DNA from: an uncultured Peptococcaceae bacterium
GTDB lineage: Bacteria; Bacillota; Desulfotomaculia; Desulfotomaculales; Desulfocucumaceae
Reading direction: 5' to 3'
Assembly: GCA_958417755.1 (NCBI GenBank)
Contig: CATZDY010000001.1
Location: forward strand, 1 to 61,697
DNA: 61,697 bases
Part shown: one piece after another, positions 1-10,458 of the stretch
Numbering within the stretch: the first letter of the stretch is position 1
Layout of the letters: the number at the start of each line of letters is the position of its first letter
Program-made: the position numbers and the translations under genes
Notes under the pieces: model-generated
What the model was told of the DNA's origin: nothing
The model's database searches: none
Seen by the model: the letters and a program-made list of their open reading frames with translations, nothing else

Positions 1-88
1 GTTGGTAGCGGCTAACCAGCTGGCCGAAGGCATCTATATCACCATTTGTTGTTTTATATACCAGAAGTTCATCGCTTACCTCTGCCAT
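1..88 (-). CDS. RNA polymerase sigma-70 family (ECF-like) factor, N-terminal fragment; the gene runs off the left edge of the window
   Basis: The reverse strand reads ATG (86-88) then MAEVSDELLVYKTTNGDIDAFGQLVSRYQ. This matches the typical ECF sigma region-2 start (GD..AF..L...Y). A GGAGGAGAG SD (reverse complement of 97-105) lies 8 nt upstream. Confidence 0.45.
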   Translation of the reverse strand, partial: MAEVSDELLVYKTTNGDIDAFGQLVSRYQ

Positions 89-386
89 GGCTGTATCTCT
101 CCTCCGTTGACTCTAATGGTTTAGACGGGGATGAATCCTAAATATTTCAGCTTGAAGAAAAATTTTTTAAAACTATTTTTAAAAACATCCATGTTGCCAA
201 CATTGGATGGACAAATTGCTGGAAATGTTGGGATAAAATGGTAGAAGGCAAAGAAATTATTTATGAAAGAATACTGATAGGATGTACCAAATTGGTAAAA
301 ACTTTGTATGGGATTCTTGGTATAGGCAATGATGTTTTGCAAATAATACAACGGAATGGAACAGTATGAAAGAGGTGAAATGTGTG

Positions 387-641
387 ATGCGTACCCTTTA
401 TGTGGGTAATTTGCCTTGGGCCACCAAAGCTGAAGATTTACAGGATTTTTTTGCAAGACATGGTGAAGTCATCAGCAGCAGAGTCATTACGGATAGAGAA
501 ACCGGGCGATCCAGAGGATTTGGATTTGTTGAAGTGGCGGATGAAGATGCTGAGAAAATGATTGAAACCCTCAATGGAGCGGATTTAAATGGCAGGGCCA
601 TTACAGTCAATGAGGCGAAACAACGTGGGGATGAGGAATAA
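387..641 (+). CDS. RRM-type (RNP-1/RNP-2) glycine-poor RNA-binding protein
   Basis: RNP-2 LYVGNL and RNP-1 RGFGFVEV are present. The track ORF starts at 366, but a GAGGTG SD at 372-377 favours ATG 387 (MRTLYVGNL). Confidence 0.85.
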   Translation: MRTLYVGNLPWATKAEDLQDFFARHGEVISSRVITDRETGRSRGFGFVEVADEDAEKMIETLNGADLNGRAITVNEAKQRGDEE

Positions 642-1072
642 AGCTTGTTTTTGCCATGTAAAATGGGATTTTGATTCATGTAGCATGGATGGTATCATAC
701 ATAGGCAGGCGGGTATCCATATGGAAACCATACCATAGGTTTATATGCCCCAAGGACAGATGTGGATGCCCTTGAGGACTTTTTATAATTTTTGGTTATC
801 CTGATTTTTGCATATTTTTCTATGCAAAACCTGATTGAAACATGATACCAGCAAGTAAGGATAAGGGCAAACCACATGTCTGCCCTTATCAAAACAACCT
901 TCTTCATGATTTTTGAAGGAGGTTTTATTTTGCCAAGAGATTGATTTTCAAAACCTAGGGTTACAAAAATAAGATAGAATCCGAATTTAGGGGGCATAGA
1001 AGCTTGCTTGCCTTTTGGACAGACATTCTATTATAATAAAAGCAATAACGCTTATTAATTGAGGGATTGTGA

Positions 1073-1660
1073 TTGACAAATCAAGAGATATACAATGCAT
1101 TACAAACAATAATCGCAGAGAAAAGACTGCAACATAGTTTGCATGTTAGTGCAATGGCCCGGGAGTTGGCAACACTGTATGGAGCTGATGCCCAAAAGGC
1201 TGCCCTGGCTGGGTTGGTGCATGATTGTGCCAGGGACATGAAAGCAAAAAGCTTGCTGGAAATGGCCCGGGAAAATCAATTGCCTGTGGGGCCATTGGAA
1301 CAGGAAATTCCCATGTTGCTTCACGGCCCAGTGGGAGCTCTTTTATGTCAAAAATATTTTGACATAAAAGACCAGGAATTATTGCGGGCAGTGGCTGTAC
1401 ATACAACAGGATCTCCTTTGATGGGACTGTTGGAGAAAATTGTTTTTTTGGCTGATAAGCTTGAATCTTCAAGAATATATCCTGGGGTGGAGCAACTGCG
1501 GGAAGCAGCAAAGCAAGGGGTGGATCAAGGAATGCGTGCCTGTTTGCAGCATTCTTTGGTTTATTTGCTCCAAAACCAAGCGCCTCTTCATCCTGATATG
1601 GTGGCAGCTTGGAATCAATGCGTAAGCCAAAGCAGGGAATTGCTTAAGATTCACGAATAG
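1073..1660 (+). CDS. yqeK: HD-domain bis(5'-nucleosyl)-tetraphosphatase, YqeK family
   Basis: HD motifs HSLHVSAMA and LVHDCAR are present. TTG start with a GAGGGA SD at 1061-1066. The gene precedes rsfS, as in other Firmicutes. Confidence 0.85.
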   Translation: MTNQEIYNALQTIIAEKRLQHSLHVSAMARELATLYGADAQKAALAGLVHDCARDMKAKSLLEMARENQLPVGPLEQEIPMLLHGPVGALLCQKYFDIKDQELLRAVAVHTTGSPLMGLLEKIVFLADKLESSRIYPGVEQLREAAKQGVDQGMRACLQHSLVYLLQNQAPLHPDMVAAWNQCVSQSRELLKIHE

Positions 1661-1719
1661 AACTTAATATAGAAACGAAAACAAAGGATCTTGGATGAAA
1701 ATATCATACAAGTCAAATC

Positions 1720-2118
1720 ATGAAGGAGGAGAGGCTTTCGTTGAATCCACAAATCCTGGCAGACCGGGTAGTACAACTTGCTGAAGATAAAAAGGCATTT
1801 GATATCGTGACCTTGGACATTCGATCAATATCTACCATTGCGGACTATTTCATCATTTGTAGCGGACGATCTTCCATTCATGTTCAATCCATCGCCCAAG
1901 GTATCATGGATACTTTGGCCAAAAATGAAGGGATAACGCCTCGCAAAGAAGGTTTTAAGGAAGGACGATGGGTTCTTTTGGATTATGGCGATGTGGTGGT
2001 TCATGTTTTCCAGGATGAGGAAAGACATTTTTATCATTTAGAGCGTTTATGGGGAGATGCTTTGTTGGTCAATAAAACCATAGACAATGGTGGAAATAAC
2101 ATTGACAAGGCATTCTAA
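1720..2118 (+). CDS. rsfS: ribosome silencing factor RsfS (iojap-like)
   Basis: 132 aa with the DYFIICSGRSSIHVQSIA core typical of RsfS. It sits in the yqeK-rsfS-leuS context. Confidence 0.9.
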   Translation: MKEERLSLNPQILADRVVQLAEDKKAFDIVTLDIRSISTIADYFIICSGRSSIHVQSIAQGIMDTLAKNEGITPRKEGFKEGRWVLLDYGDVVVHVFQDEERHFYHLERLWGDALLVNKTIDNGGNNIDKAF

Positions 2119-2240
2119 AGTATTTATAATGAGGCATAATATGAAACCATTCCCCAAAAAGATAAGGGCCTGATGTTTGGTGATGGGGATATTGCTTGGC
2201 AACATTCATTTGATATAAAAAGTGATATAGAAAAGACATT

Positions 2241-2492
2241 GACAGGGAGTAGTAATCAGGGGCTTGTTTTTCAGAGAGCCGCCGGGGGTGCAAGGTGGTA
2301 AACAAGGTTGATGAACTCGCCCTGGAGTCAACCGGGGGAAAGCAAGTACACCGGTTCGGTGAAGGCCGTTAAAGAGATACACAAGTGGATTTGGAAGAAA
2401 GAAGGAAGAGGATTCTTCTTATGAAGTGCCAAATCAACGAGGGTGGTACCGCGGGTAAAAACAACTCGTCCCTTAGGGGGGACGGGTTTTTT
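2241..2492 (+). promoter_or_regulatory. T-box leader (tRNA-sensing riboswitch), specifier CUC (Leu), with terminator/antiterminator
   Basis: Stem I elements: GGGAGTAGTAA (2245-2255), AGAGAG (2273-2278) and the distal-loop-like GGTGCAA (2287-2293). The specifier context is TGAA-CTC-G, with CTC at 2316-2318. An F-box-like GCCGTTA lies at 2365-2371. The T-box core AACGAGGGTGGTACCGCGGG lies at 2436-2455. The terminator stem CTCGTCCC/GGGACGGG (2465-2486) is followed by T6 (2487-2492). Confidence 0.85.
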
Positions 2493-2607
2493 GTTGTATA
2501 TGGGCTTAAATCCTTTGCCAATCCTTTTCAGATTTGAAAGAGAAGATAATCATTATAGTTATTTTTCTTGATGAATATTTAGTTAGATACAAAGGGGAGA
2601 TTATGGA

Positions 2608-4272
2608 ATGAAATTTGATTATGAAATCACCATTGGCCAAATGATGGATAAAACTGTTAATCAGTATCCTGATACAGAAGCATTGGTGCACCGAGAGGCT
2701 GGTGTGCGGTATACATACCGGGAATTCAAAGAGGAATGTGTGCGATTGGCCAAGGGCTTGATGGCCTTGGGGGTGAATCGGGGAGAACATATTGCCATGT
2801 GGGCCACCAATGTACCCCAGTGGGTGATTACCCAATTTGGGAGCTGTCGTATGGGTGCTGTGATGGTCACGGTGAATACCAATTATAAATTGTTTGAATT
2901 AGAATATCTGCTTAAACAATCTGATAGCACCACATTGATGTTGATTCAAGGAACCAAGGACGCGAATTATGTGGATATGATCTATCAGCTTTGTCCGGAA
3001 TTACGGGAATGTCAGCCAGGTCGTTTGAATTCGAAGAAATTGCCAATGTTAAAGAATGTCATCTTCTTAGGCAATGAACGGTATCCAGGCATGTATACTT
3101 GGAACGATGTATTGGAGGCAGGGGCTGTTATTTCAGATCAAGAACTGTTGGCCCGGGAAGCTGTTTTAAATCCTGATGATGTGGTAAACATGCAATATAC
3201 TTCAGGTACCACAGGTTTTCCCAAGGGGGTTATGCTGACCCATATCAATTTGGTGGGCAATGCCTATTGTGTGGCTGATTGCATGAATTTTACCCCCCAA
3301 GATCGCTTGTGTATTCCTGTGCCCATGTTCCATTGTTTTGGTTGCGTGTTGGCTACTTTGGCTTGTGTGTCCTCTGGGGCTACCATGGTGCCTTTGGAAG
3401 CTTTTAACCCTGTAAAGGTTTTGGAAACCATTGAAGCGGAGCGTTGTACTGCTGTGCACGGAGTGCCCACCATGTTTATTACGGAATTGCAAATTTTAAA
3501 AGAACAAGAGTATGATGTTTCCCATTTGCGCACAGGGATTATGGCTGGTTCCCCTTGCCCCATTGATGTAATGAAACAAGTGGTGGAGCGCATGGGTATG
3601 AAGGAAATTGTCATTACGTACGGCCAAACCGAGTCAGCCCCTGGCATCACCATGACCCGGACCACAGAATCCATTGAACGCAGGGTATCCACCGTAGGAC
3701 GGGCCTTGCCAGGGGTGGAAGTGAAAATCGTGGATCCAGAAACCGGGGAAATTGTGCCTTCTGGCGTACAGGGAGAGATTTGCGCCCGGGGATATAATGT
3801 GATGAAGGGCTATTATAAAATGCCAGAGGCAACCCATGCGGCAGTGGATAGTGAAAATTGGCTGCATACCGGTGATTTGGGCATTATGGATGAAGACGGG
3901 TATCTAAAGATTACTGGTCGTATCAAAGATATGATTATTCGTGGGGGGGAAAATATTTATCCCCGGGAGATTGAGGAATTTCTTTATACTCACCCCAAAG
4001 TAAAGGATGTGCAAGTCATTGGCGTGCCCAGTGAAAAGTATGGGGAAGAAGCCATGGCCTTTATTTGCTTACATGATGGAGACTATGCTACAGAGGAAGA
4101 AATCAAAGAATTTTGCGTCAATAAAATCGCCCGCTATAAAATTCCCCGGTATATTGCTTTTGTGAAGGAATACCCCACCACTGCCAGTGGGAAGATACAA
4201 AAATTCAAGTTGCGGGAGCAAGCCATTGCTGATTTGAATTTACAAAAAGCTGCCAGTGTAGAAACAGCTTAA
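2608..4272 (+). CDS. AMP-dependent synthetase/ligase (acyl-CoA ligase family, ACSF2/YngI-like); substrate unknown
   Basis: 554 aa. AMP-binding signature YTSGTTGFPKG, TGD motif HTGDLG and a C-terminal GKIQKFKLRE. GGGGAG SD before ATG 2608. Confidence 0.85.
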   Translation: MKFDYEITIGQMMDKTVNQYPDTEALVHREAGVRYTYREFKEECVRLAKGLMALGVNRGEHIAMWATNVPQWVITQFGSCRMGAVMVTVNTNYKLFELEYLLKQSDSTTLMLIQGTKDANYVDMIYQLCPELRECQPGRLNSKKLPMLKNVIFLGNERYPGMYTWNDVLEAGAVISDQELLAREAVLNPDDVVNMQYTSGTTGFPKGVMLTHINLVGNAYCVADCMNFTPQDRLCIPVPMFHCFGCVLATLACVSSGATMVPLEAFNPVKVLETIEAERCTAVHGVPTMFITELQILKEQEYDVSHLRTGIMAGSPCPIDVMKQVVERMGMKEIVITYGQTESAPGITMTRTTESIERRVSTVGRALPGVEVKIVDPETGEIVPSGVQGEICARGYNVMKGYYKMPEATHAAVDSENWLHTGDLGIMDEDGYLKITGRIKDMIIRGGENIYPREIEEFLYTHPKVKDVQVIGVPSEKYGEEAMAFICLHDGDYATEEEIKEFCVNKIARYKIPRYIAFVKEYPTTASGKIQKFKLREQAIADLNLQKAASVETA

Positions 4273-4476
4273 TCTTTTTCAGCCCCAGTTGCTTGTTGAA
4301 TATGCGGGTTTATGGTAAAATCTCGCATGCAGGATATTTTTTTGGAATGAACATGGGATAATTGATAGGCAAAAGAAGACGTAATGGCCAAAGGGACTCG
4401 GGCGTTTCCTTTGGGGCAGGTGGTATTTCAGTTTTTTAGGTTCCAGGAGGTTTAAGCAAATACAAATATTCATGTT

Positions 4477-4508
4477 ATGCCCGCTTTATGCGGGCATGTT
4501 TGCTTTTC
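4477..4508 (+). terminator. hairpin plus T-rich tail between the ligase gene and leuS
   Basis: ATGCCCGC (4477-4484) / GCGGGCAT (4490-4497) form an 8-bp stem with a 5-nt loop, followed by GTTTGCTTTTC. Confidence 0.55.
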
Positions 4509-4637
4509 ACATGTTTTGAAATGGTAAATAAAATAGCTTACTGCTGTTTTTTGTCAAAAGCGAAAAGGATAGAATCATGGAAAAATTAGGAAGCTGGGCG
4601 GTTTTAGGCCTTGCTGCTGGCTAGGAGGAAGCAAGCA

Positions 4638-7121
4638 TTGAAAGAGCGTTACGATTTTAAAGAAATTGAGGAGAAATGGCAAAAACGCTGGGATAAAGAA
4701 AGACTGTATGCTGTGCCGGATGATGGACAGAAGCCTAAATTCTATTGTTTGGAGATGTTTCCTTATCCTTCGGGCAAATTGCACATGGGACATGTGCGCA
4801 ATTATTCCATAGGAGATGTGTTGGCCCGTTATAAAACCATGCAGGGATATGATGTATTGCATCCCATGGGATGGGATGCCTTTGGTTTGCCTGCAGAAAA
4901 TGCTGCTATTTTGCATGGGAATATGCATCCGGCAGACTGGACTTTTTCAAATATCAATACCATGAGGGATCAGCTCAAACAATTGGGGATTAGTTATGAT
5001 TGGGAGCGGGAGATTGCCACTTGCCATCCTGGGTACTATCAATGGACCCAATGGTTGTTTTTACAGTTATACAAACATGGTTTGGCGTATAAGAAGAAAG
5101 CTGCCGTGAATTGGTGCCCTTCTTGTGCCACAGTATTGGCCAATGAACAGGTCAAAGAGGGAGCCTGTGAGCGTTGTAAAACAGAAGTGGAAAAACGAGA
5201 GCTGGAACAATGGTTTTTCCGCATTACCCAATATGCGGATCGCTTATTGGAGGATATTTCCTTGCTCCAGGGCTGGCCGGATAAGGTTAAAATCATGCAG
5301 GAAAATTGGATTGGTCGCAGCGAAGGGGCGGAAATTCATTTCCCCATTGCCGGGATGGAAGAGAAATTTACTGTGTTTACCACCCGTCCGGATACCATTT
5401 ACGGGGTAAGTTATATGGTTTTGGCTCCAGAGCATCCTTTATTGGAAAGATTGATTGCCGACAAACCCCAAGCCCAAGAGATTCGAGATTTTGTGGCGCA
5501 AATGAGGAATTTGAATGAAATTGCCCGTACGTCAACGGATACAGAGAAAATCGGTTATTTTACCGGAGCCTATTGTATCAATCCTTTGAATGGCAAACAG
5601 ATCCCCATTTTGGTGGCCAATTATGTTTTGTTGGAATATGGTACCGGAGCAGTGATGGGGGTTCCTGCCCATGACCAAAGGGACTTTGCGTTTGCCCAAA
5701 AATATGATTTGCCCATACAGGTGGTCATTCAACCCGAAGGTCAAGTTTTGGATCCTGCCACAATGCAAGAGGCCTTTGTAGGACAGGGCAAGATGGTAAA
5801 TTCAGGTCCCTTTGACGGTATGACCAATCAAAAAGGCCTACATGCTATTATTCGCCATTTGGAAGATAAGGGGTTAGGAGAAGGAAAGGTGCACTATCGG
5901 TTGCGGGATTGGCTGATTTCCCGGCAGCGCTACTGGGGTGCTCCCATTCCCATTATCTATTGTGATCATTGCGGGGTTGTTCCGGTGCCAGAGGAAGATT
6001 TGCCAGTGTTATTGCCTAAAGATGTGGAATTTAAGCCTACCGGTCGTTCTCCCCTGGCTGATAGCCCCAGTTTTGTCCAGGTTCCTTGTCCTTCTTGCGG
6101 ACAGAACGCCAGGCGGGAAACTGATACCATGGATACATTCATGTGTTCTTCCTTTTATTATTATCGCTATACCAGTCCCAGAAACGACCAGGAACCCTGG
6201 AGCCAGCAGGCTGTGCAGCATTGGTTGCCTGTGGATCAATATATTGGGGGCGTGGAACATGCGATTTTGCATTTGTTGTATTCCCGCTTTTTTACGAAAT
6301 TTTTATATGACATTGGTTTGGTGTCCAATCAAGAGCCTTTTCAAAATTTGCTCACCCAGGGCATGGTGTTAAAAGATGGTTCCAAAATGTCCAAATCCAA
6401 GGGGAATGTGGTGAGCCCGGAAGAAATCATTGCTGCCTATGGGGCGGATACGGCTCGGATGTTTATTTTATTTGCCGCTCCTCCGGAAAGGGATTTGGAA
6501 TGGAGCGATCAAGGGGTAGAAGGGTGTTATCGCTTTTTGCACCGGGTTTGGCGTTTGGTGGCTTCTGTAGAAGAAGAATTGTCCCAAGCCAAGGATTTGT
6601 CCTTGGAAAATATAGTTGGTTTGGATCGGGAAATGCGTCGCTTGACCCATGTTACCATAAAAAAAGTGACAGAAGATGTGGGCCATCGCTTTAATTTTAA
6701 TACCGCAGTAAGCGCTATCATGGAATTGGTCAATGGTTTATATCGCTATAAAGAAGCGCCTGAAAGCGATCGCAATGCTGCAGTGCTGCGGGAGGCAGTG
6801 GAAAGTCTTTTGATTTTATTGGCTCCCTTTGCCCCGCATATGACAGAAGAACTTTGGCATTGTATTGGTCATCAAGATACCATTCATCAACAAAGTTGGT
6901 TGGTTTATGACCCAGAGGCTGTGGTGGAAGAGGAAGTCACCATTGTGGTTCAATTGAATGGTAAAGTAAAGGAAAGAATGCTGGTACCTGCCAATATAGA
7001 GGGGGATGCCATGAAGGAATTGGTATTGGCTCAACCCAAGGTACAAAGCATGTTGGCGGAAAAGCAAGTGCTCAAAGTAATTGCTGTACCAGGGAAACTG
7101 GTCAACATTGTGGTAAAGTAA
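4638..7121 (+). CDS. leuS: leucine--tRNA ligase
   Basis: HIGH motif HMGHVRNY and KMSKS motif KMSKSKGN. The track ORF starts at 4611, but AGGAGG at 4623-4628 favours the in-frame TTG 4638 ([15 protein letters not shown]), a typical LeuRS N-terminus. Confidence 0.93.
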   Translation: MKERYDFKEIEEKWQKRWDKERLYAVPDDGQKPKFYCLEMFPYPSGKLHMGHVRNYSIGDVLARYKTMQGYDVLHPMGWDAFGLPAENAAILHGNMHPADWTFSNINTMRDQLKQLGISYDWEREIATCHPGYYQWTQWLFLQLYKHGLAYKKKAAVNWCPSCATVLANEQVKEGACERCKTEVEKRELEQWFFRITQYADRLLEDISLLQGWPDKVKIMQENWIGRSEGAEIHFPIAGMEEKFTVFTTRPDTIYGVSYMVLAPEHPLLERLIADKPQAQEIRDFVAQMRNLNEIARTSTDTEKIGYFTGAYCINPLNGKQIPILVANYVLLEYGTGAVMGVPAHDQRDFAFAQKYDLPIQVVIQPEGQVLDPATMQEAFVGQGKMVNSGPFDGMTNQKGLHAIIRHLEDKGLGEGKVHYRLRDWLISRQRYWGAPIPIIYCDHCGVVPVPEEDLPVLLPKDVEFKPTGRSPLADSPSFVQVPCPSCGQNARRETDTMDTFMCSSFYYYRYTSPRNDQEPWSQQAVQHWLPVDQYIGGVEHAILHLLYSRFFTKFLYDIGLVSNQEPFQNLLTQGMVLKDGSKMSKSKGNVVSPEEIIAAYGADTARMFILFAAPPERDLEWSDQGVEGCYRFLHRVWRLVASVEEELSQAKDLSLENIVGLDREMRRLTHVTIKKVTEDVGHRFNFNTAVSAIMELVNGLYRYKEAPESDRNAAVLREAVESLLILLAPFAPHMTEELWHCIGHQDTIHQQSWLVYDPEAVVEEEVTIVVQLNGKVKERMLVPANIEGDAMKELVLAQPKVQSMLAEKQVLKVIAVPGKLVNIVVK

Positions 7122-7164
7122 TGCTAGGGAAAAACCCAGAACATGATAATTGAAGCGCAGGATA

Positions 7165-7201
7165 CAGCATAGGCAAAATACATTGCTTATGCTGTTTTTT
7201 T
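7165..7201 (+). terminator. intrinsic terminator of leuS
   Basis: 12-bp stem CAGCATAGGCAA/TTGCTTATGCTG (one G-U pair) with a 7-nt loop, then T7. Confidence 0.85.
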
Positions 7202-7526
7202 AGCTAGTGTATTTAAAAGAGTATTGAGGATGCAAATAGAAATCATATGTATGATAATAGCTTCAATCATAGAGGAACAAACATATGTTTTTGTATAAGG
7301 GGTATGGTTACATGAAGGAAACCATAAAAGTTCAACAAAAAGTAGTGTAGGAATATAATCAAGCAGTAAAACAAGGATTTTGTATATGTTTCCTCTAGTA
7401 GTTTTGATACTCCTTAGAGGTTGACGGGATGGTTCAATTGACTAATGCTAAAATAAGGAGGTGATAGCAAGGTATTTTGTGCTAATTCCATTGGAATAGG
7501 GAGCAAATCAAAAAGGAGGGAACGAT

Positions 7527-8267
7527 ATGTGGCTTAGGACGGAATTAAAGGAAAGGGCGAAAAAAAAATTAGCCAAAAGCTATTGGCTTTCCTTTGCCGC
7601 CACGTTGGTTGCCAGCATTTTAGGAGGAGGCTTTTTTTATTATGGTTGCGTTTCTTTATCTGGCAATAGGGATTGGAATGTAGATAGTTATTATTTGTCC
7701 ACAGATCCCCAGCTGGCATTTTTGTATGGCTTTTTTATGGTATTTTTGGCATTTTTATCTGTCATAGGGATTGCGTATTATTTTTTTGTAGGACAACCGA
7801 TTCTTGCTGGTAAAAGCAAGTATTTTGTACAAGGCCATGATGCCCATTATTCATTTGTTGATTTATTTTCATTTTTTAATCATGGATACCTAAAAGCTGT
7901 GCAAACAATGGCCTTAAGATGGCTTTATTTGCTGCTATGGACATTGTTGTTTATTATTCCGGGAATTGTAAAGTGCTATTCCTATAGAATGGTCCCTTAT
8001 CTACTAGCCAAATATCCCCATATTGGGGCCAAGAGGGCCATTGCCTTGAGCAGACAGATGACCTCGGGAGAAAAGATGAATATGTTTATTTTAGATTTAT
8101 CTTTTTTGGGCTGGTTCCTTTTGGGGGCTTTGTGTTTAGGCGTGGGTACTTTGTTTGTCCTTCCCTATTATGAAACAGTATATGCAGAATTGTTTGCTAT
8201 TTTGCGGGATAAAGGGGCAGAACAATCCCTCTATACACCGGAGGAAAAGAAAGCTCTATACAGCTAA
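7527..8267 (+). CDS. DUF975-family integral membrane protein
   Basis: 246 aa and multi-pass hydrophobic. N-terminus ELKERAKKKLAKSYWLSFAATLVASIL is typical of DUF975. AAAGGAGGGA SD before the ATG. Confidence 0.7.
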   Translation: MWLRTELKERAKKKLAKSYWLSFAATLVASILGGGFFYYGCVSLSGNRDWNVDSYYLSTDPQLAFLYGFFMVFLAFLSVIGIAYYFFVGQPILAGKSKYFVQGHDAHYSFVDLFSFFNHGYLKAVQTMALRWLYLLLWTLLFIIPGIVKCYSYRMVPYLLAKYPHIGAKRAIALSRQMTSGEKMNMFILDLSFLGWFLLGALCLGVGTLFVLPYYETVYAELFAILRDKGAEQSLYTPEEKKALYS

Positions 8268-8299
8268 TTGTTTAGAATCAATGTTCCTATGATTTAGCC

Positions 8300-8352
8300 A
8301 AGGGTTTGGGGAAAAACTGTTAAATCCTTTCCCCAAACCCTTGGTTTTTTTA
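8300..8352. terminator. bidirectional terminator between convergent genes
   Basis: 15-bp perfect stem AAGGGTTTGGGGAAA/TTTCCCCAAACCCTT, with a T-run on the + side and an A-rich flank on the other. Confidence 0.85.
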
Positions 8353-9777
8353 TTTTTTAAACCATGATTTGACAAAGGTTTTGGCTCCCGAGGCAGCCAT
8401 GCCCCATATGCCTTTGTTTTTTTGGAGGATTGCTTCTAAAGCCGTGATGCTTTGGTCTATTTGTTCTTTGGTAACCGTAAGGGGGGGCTCCAAGCGAATC
8501 ACATTGGGATTGTTCAAGGTGTATGCTGTGATAATGTTGTAGTCATTTAGAAGCTTGCCCACCACCAAAGAACCTAAATATTCTTGGGATAATTTATCCG
8601 CTACCCCCATGGTAAGCTTGCGGAAAGTCATGTTGGGTTGGCTGAATTCAAGGCCTATCATTAAACCCCGTCCCCGTACTTCTTTGATTAAGGGGTATTT
8701 TTCCTGAAGTTGTTGCAAGGCCTTGAGGAAATAAGCTCCCTTTTCCGCTGCTTGTCCAGCCAAATCTTCCTGGCAAAGGATTTCTAGGGTGGTGACGGCA
8801 GCAGCACAAGCCCAGGTATTGCCCCCAAAGGTGGAGGTGTGCAACAGGGCCTTGTCCCAGCTGCCATATGCTTTATGCCAAATTTCATCCGTGGTCACAT
8901 AGGCCCCTATGGGCATAATACCTCCGCCTAAGGATTTTGCCAGGCACATGATGTCAGGGACCACTTGTTCCTGTTGGCAAGCGAATAAACTGCCGGTTCT
9001 CCCCAAGCCTGTTTGGATTTCATCCATAATCAATAGAGCGCCCTTTTCTTGGCATAGTTTGGTGGCTTTGGCTAAATAGCCTGGTGGGGGAAGAATGATA
9101 CCGCCTTCTCCTTGGATTGGTTCTACAATAAAGGCAGCCACCGGGGGAGCGCTTTGAAATGCTTGGGCCAAAGCTTCTATGTCTCCATAGGGAACAGCTT
9201 TGCAGTTACCCAATAAGGGGCGGAATTGCTCTTGGTATTTTTCCCTCCCTGTTACTGAGAGTGCCCCAAAGGATTTTCCATGAAAGGAATTTTCACAATA
9301 CAAAAAGGTTTTTTTCCCCGTTGCAATGCGGGCTAGTTTTAAAGCTCCTTCCACTGCTTCAGCCCCACTGTTGCAGAAAAAGGATTTATTCAAAGTGCCT
9401 GGAGTTAATAAGGAAAGATTGTGTCCCAAAGCAGCGGCCAAAGTACCCAAACTGGCTTGCAAAAGATTGGGCATTTCCCTGATTGTTTCCAAGGCAGCCA
9501 ATAGTTTGGGATGATTGTGTCCCAAACTCATGGCCCCGTAAGCCCCTAAGAAATCCAAATATTCATTGCCTTTTTCATCCCAAATCTTGGTGTCCAGGGC
9601 ACGAACAAATTTTTTGTTAAAATCCAAGATTTCCATCATGGAGACTAGACTTGGATTGACATGATTTTTATAGTATTGTTTCACATGTTCTCGGCTCAAT
9701 TGGATGGCATCACCCAAAGGGAGAAATGTGTTTGGCAGAGTGGTTGACGATTTTTGCAAATCAGTTTTGTTTTTCAT
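8350..9777 (-). CDS. class-III PLP aminotransferase, YgjG/putrescine-aminotransferase-like
   Basis: HVNP...[28 protein letters not shown] and the PLP-lysine context CLAKSLGGG. The track ORF extends to 9879. I prefer ATG 9777 (MKNKTDL) because an AAAGG SD precedes it. Confidence 0.8.
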   Translation of the reverse strand: MKNKTDLQKSSTTLPNTFLPLGDAIQLSREHVKQYYKNHVNPSLVSMMEILDFNKKFVRALDTKIWDEKGNEYLDFLGAYGAMSLGHNHPKLLAALETIREMPNLLQASLGTLAAALGHNLSLLTPGTLNKSFFCNSGAEAVEGALKLARIATGKKTFLYCENSFHGKSFGALSVTGREKYQEQFRPLLGNCKAVPYGDIEALAQAFQSAPPVAAFIVEPIQGEGGIILPPPGYLAKATKLCQEKGALLIMDEIQTGLGRTGSLFACQQEQVVPDIMCLAKSLGGGIMPIGAYVTTDEIWHKAYGSWDKALLHTSTFGGNTWACAAAVTTLEILCQEDLAGQAAEKGAYFLKALQQLQEKYPLIKEVRGRGLMIGLEFSQPNMTFRKLTMGVADKLSQEYLGSLVVGKLLNDYNIITAYTLNNPNVIRLEPPLTVTKEQIDQSITALEAILQKNKGIWGMAASGAKTFVKSWFKK

Positions 9778-9977
9778 TGTTATCAACCTTTCGGATAAAT
9801 GACATGTATTGAAATCTTGCTTTTGGATGATGACAGGCTTTTCAGGCTCTTTTAAATTACTGGATTTATTGTCCAACATAGTACGATTTCATTGTATCAT
9901 AAACCCTTTAAAAGTGATAATATTGTTGCCATGGTTTTAGGAGGAAATACCAAAATTTGTGTGTCATGGATTTTTAC

Positions 9978-10007
9978 TTGACAGATATTCCTTTGATGCA
10001 TTACAAT
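9978..10007 (+). promoter_or_regulatory. sigma-A-type promoter upstream of ylxM-ffh
   Basis: TTGACA (9978-9983), 18-nt spacer, TACAAT (10002-10007). Confidence 0.6.
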
Positions 10008-10065
10008 GTTTGGGTATTATGGCCAAAATCATTGTGGGAAAAGCTTTATGTCCGGAGGAATACAG

Positions 10066-10404
10066 GTGGAAAAATTTGATGTTATCAATTTGTTGTATGA
10101 TTTTTATGGTCCATTACTCACGGACAAGCAAAGGCGTTTTATTGAGTTATATTATGCCCATGATCTTTCTTTGGCAGAAGTGGCTGAACAAGTGGGAATC
10201 AGCCGGCAGGCTGTATATGATATTTTGAAACGTTCCGTCAAGGCCCTAAAAGGGTATGAGGAAAAGTTAGGATTAGTGGCCAAACATTTGGAAAATCAGG
10301 CGCTATTGGATAAAGCCCTGTGGTTGTTTGAAAGTGATGAATCGGAAAAAATGATGAAAATACAGGATATTTTGGTCCAATTGCGACAGCGGGAAGAGGC
10401 ATAA
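10066..10404 (+). CDS. ylxM: YlxM/UPF0122 putative HTH protein of the SRP operon
   Basis: EKFDVINLLYDFYGPLLTDKQRRFIELYYAHDLSLAEVAEQVGISRQAVYD matches the YlxM pattern. A GGAGGAA SD precedes GTG 10066. The track ORF start at 10006 is probably too far upstream. Confidence 0.85.
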   Translation: MEKFDVINLLYDFYGPLLTDKQRRFIELYYAHDLSLAEVAEQVGISRQAVYDILKRSVKALKGYEEKLGLVAKHLENQALLDKALWLFESDESEKMMKIQDILVQLRQREEA

Positions 10405-10458
10405 ATTTGAGATAAGCCATGTGATGATGAGATCAAAATGAAAGGGAGTGTTGCCCAT

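Noticed and set aside
121-997. Track ORFs 121-456(-), 398-679(-) and 695-997(-) around the RRM gene.
   Set aside because: They are AT-rich intergenic sequence or antisense to the RRM gene, with no SD and no recognisable protein features. I treat 89-386 and 642-1072 as non-coding control regions.
2069-2835. Track ORFs 2069-2305(-) and 2506-2835(-) flanking the T-box.
   Set aside because: They overlap the T-box leader or the 5' end of the ligase gene in antisense, and they have no translation signals.
4419-4425. GGTGGTA heptamer upstream of leuS, which could hint at a second T-box.
   Set aside because: There is no ACCGCG continuation, no Stem I elements (AGAGA, GGTGNRA), no specifier context and too little upstream sequence. 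I judged it a chance match.
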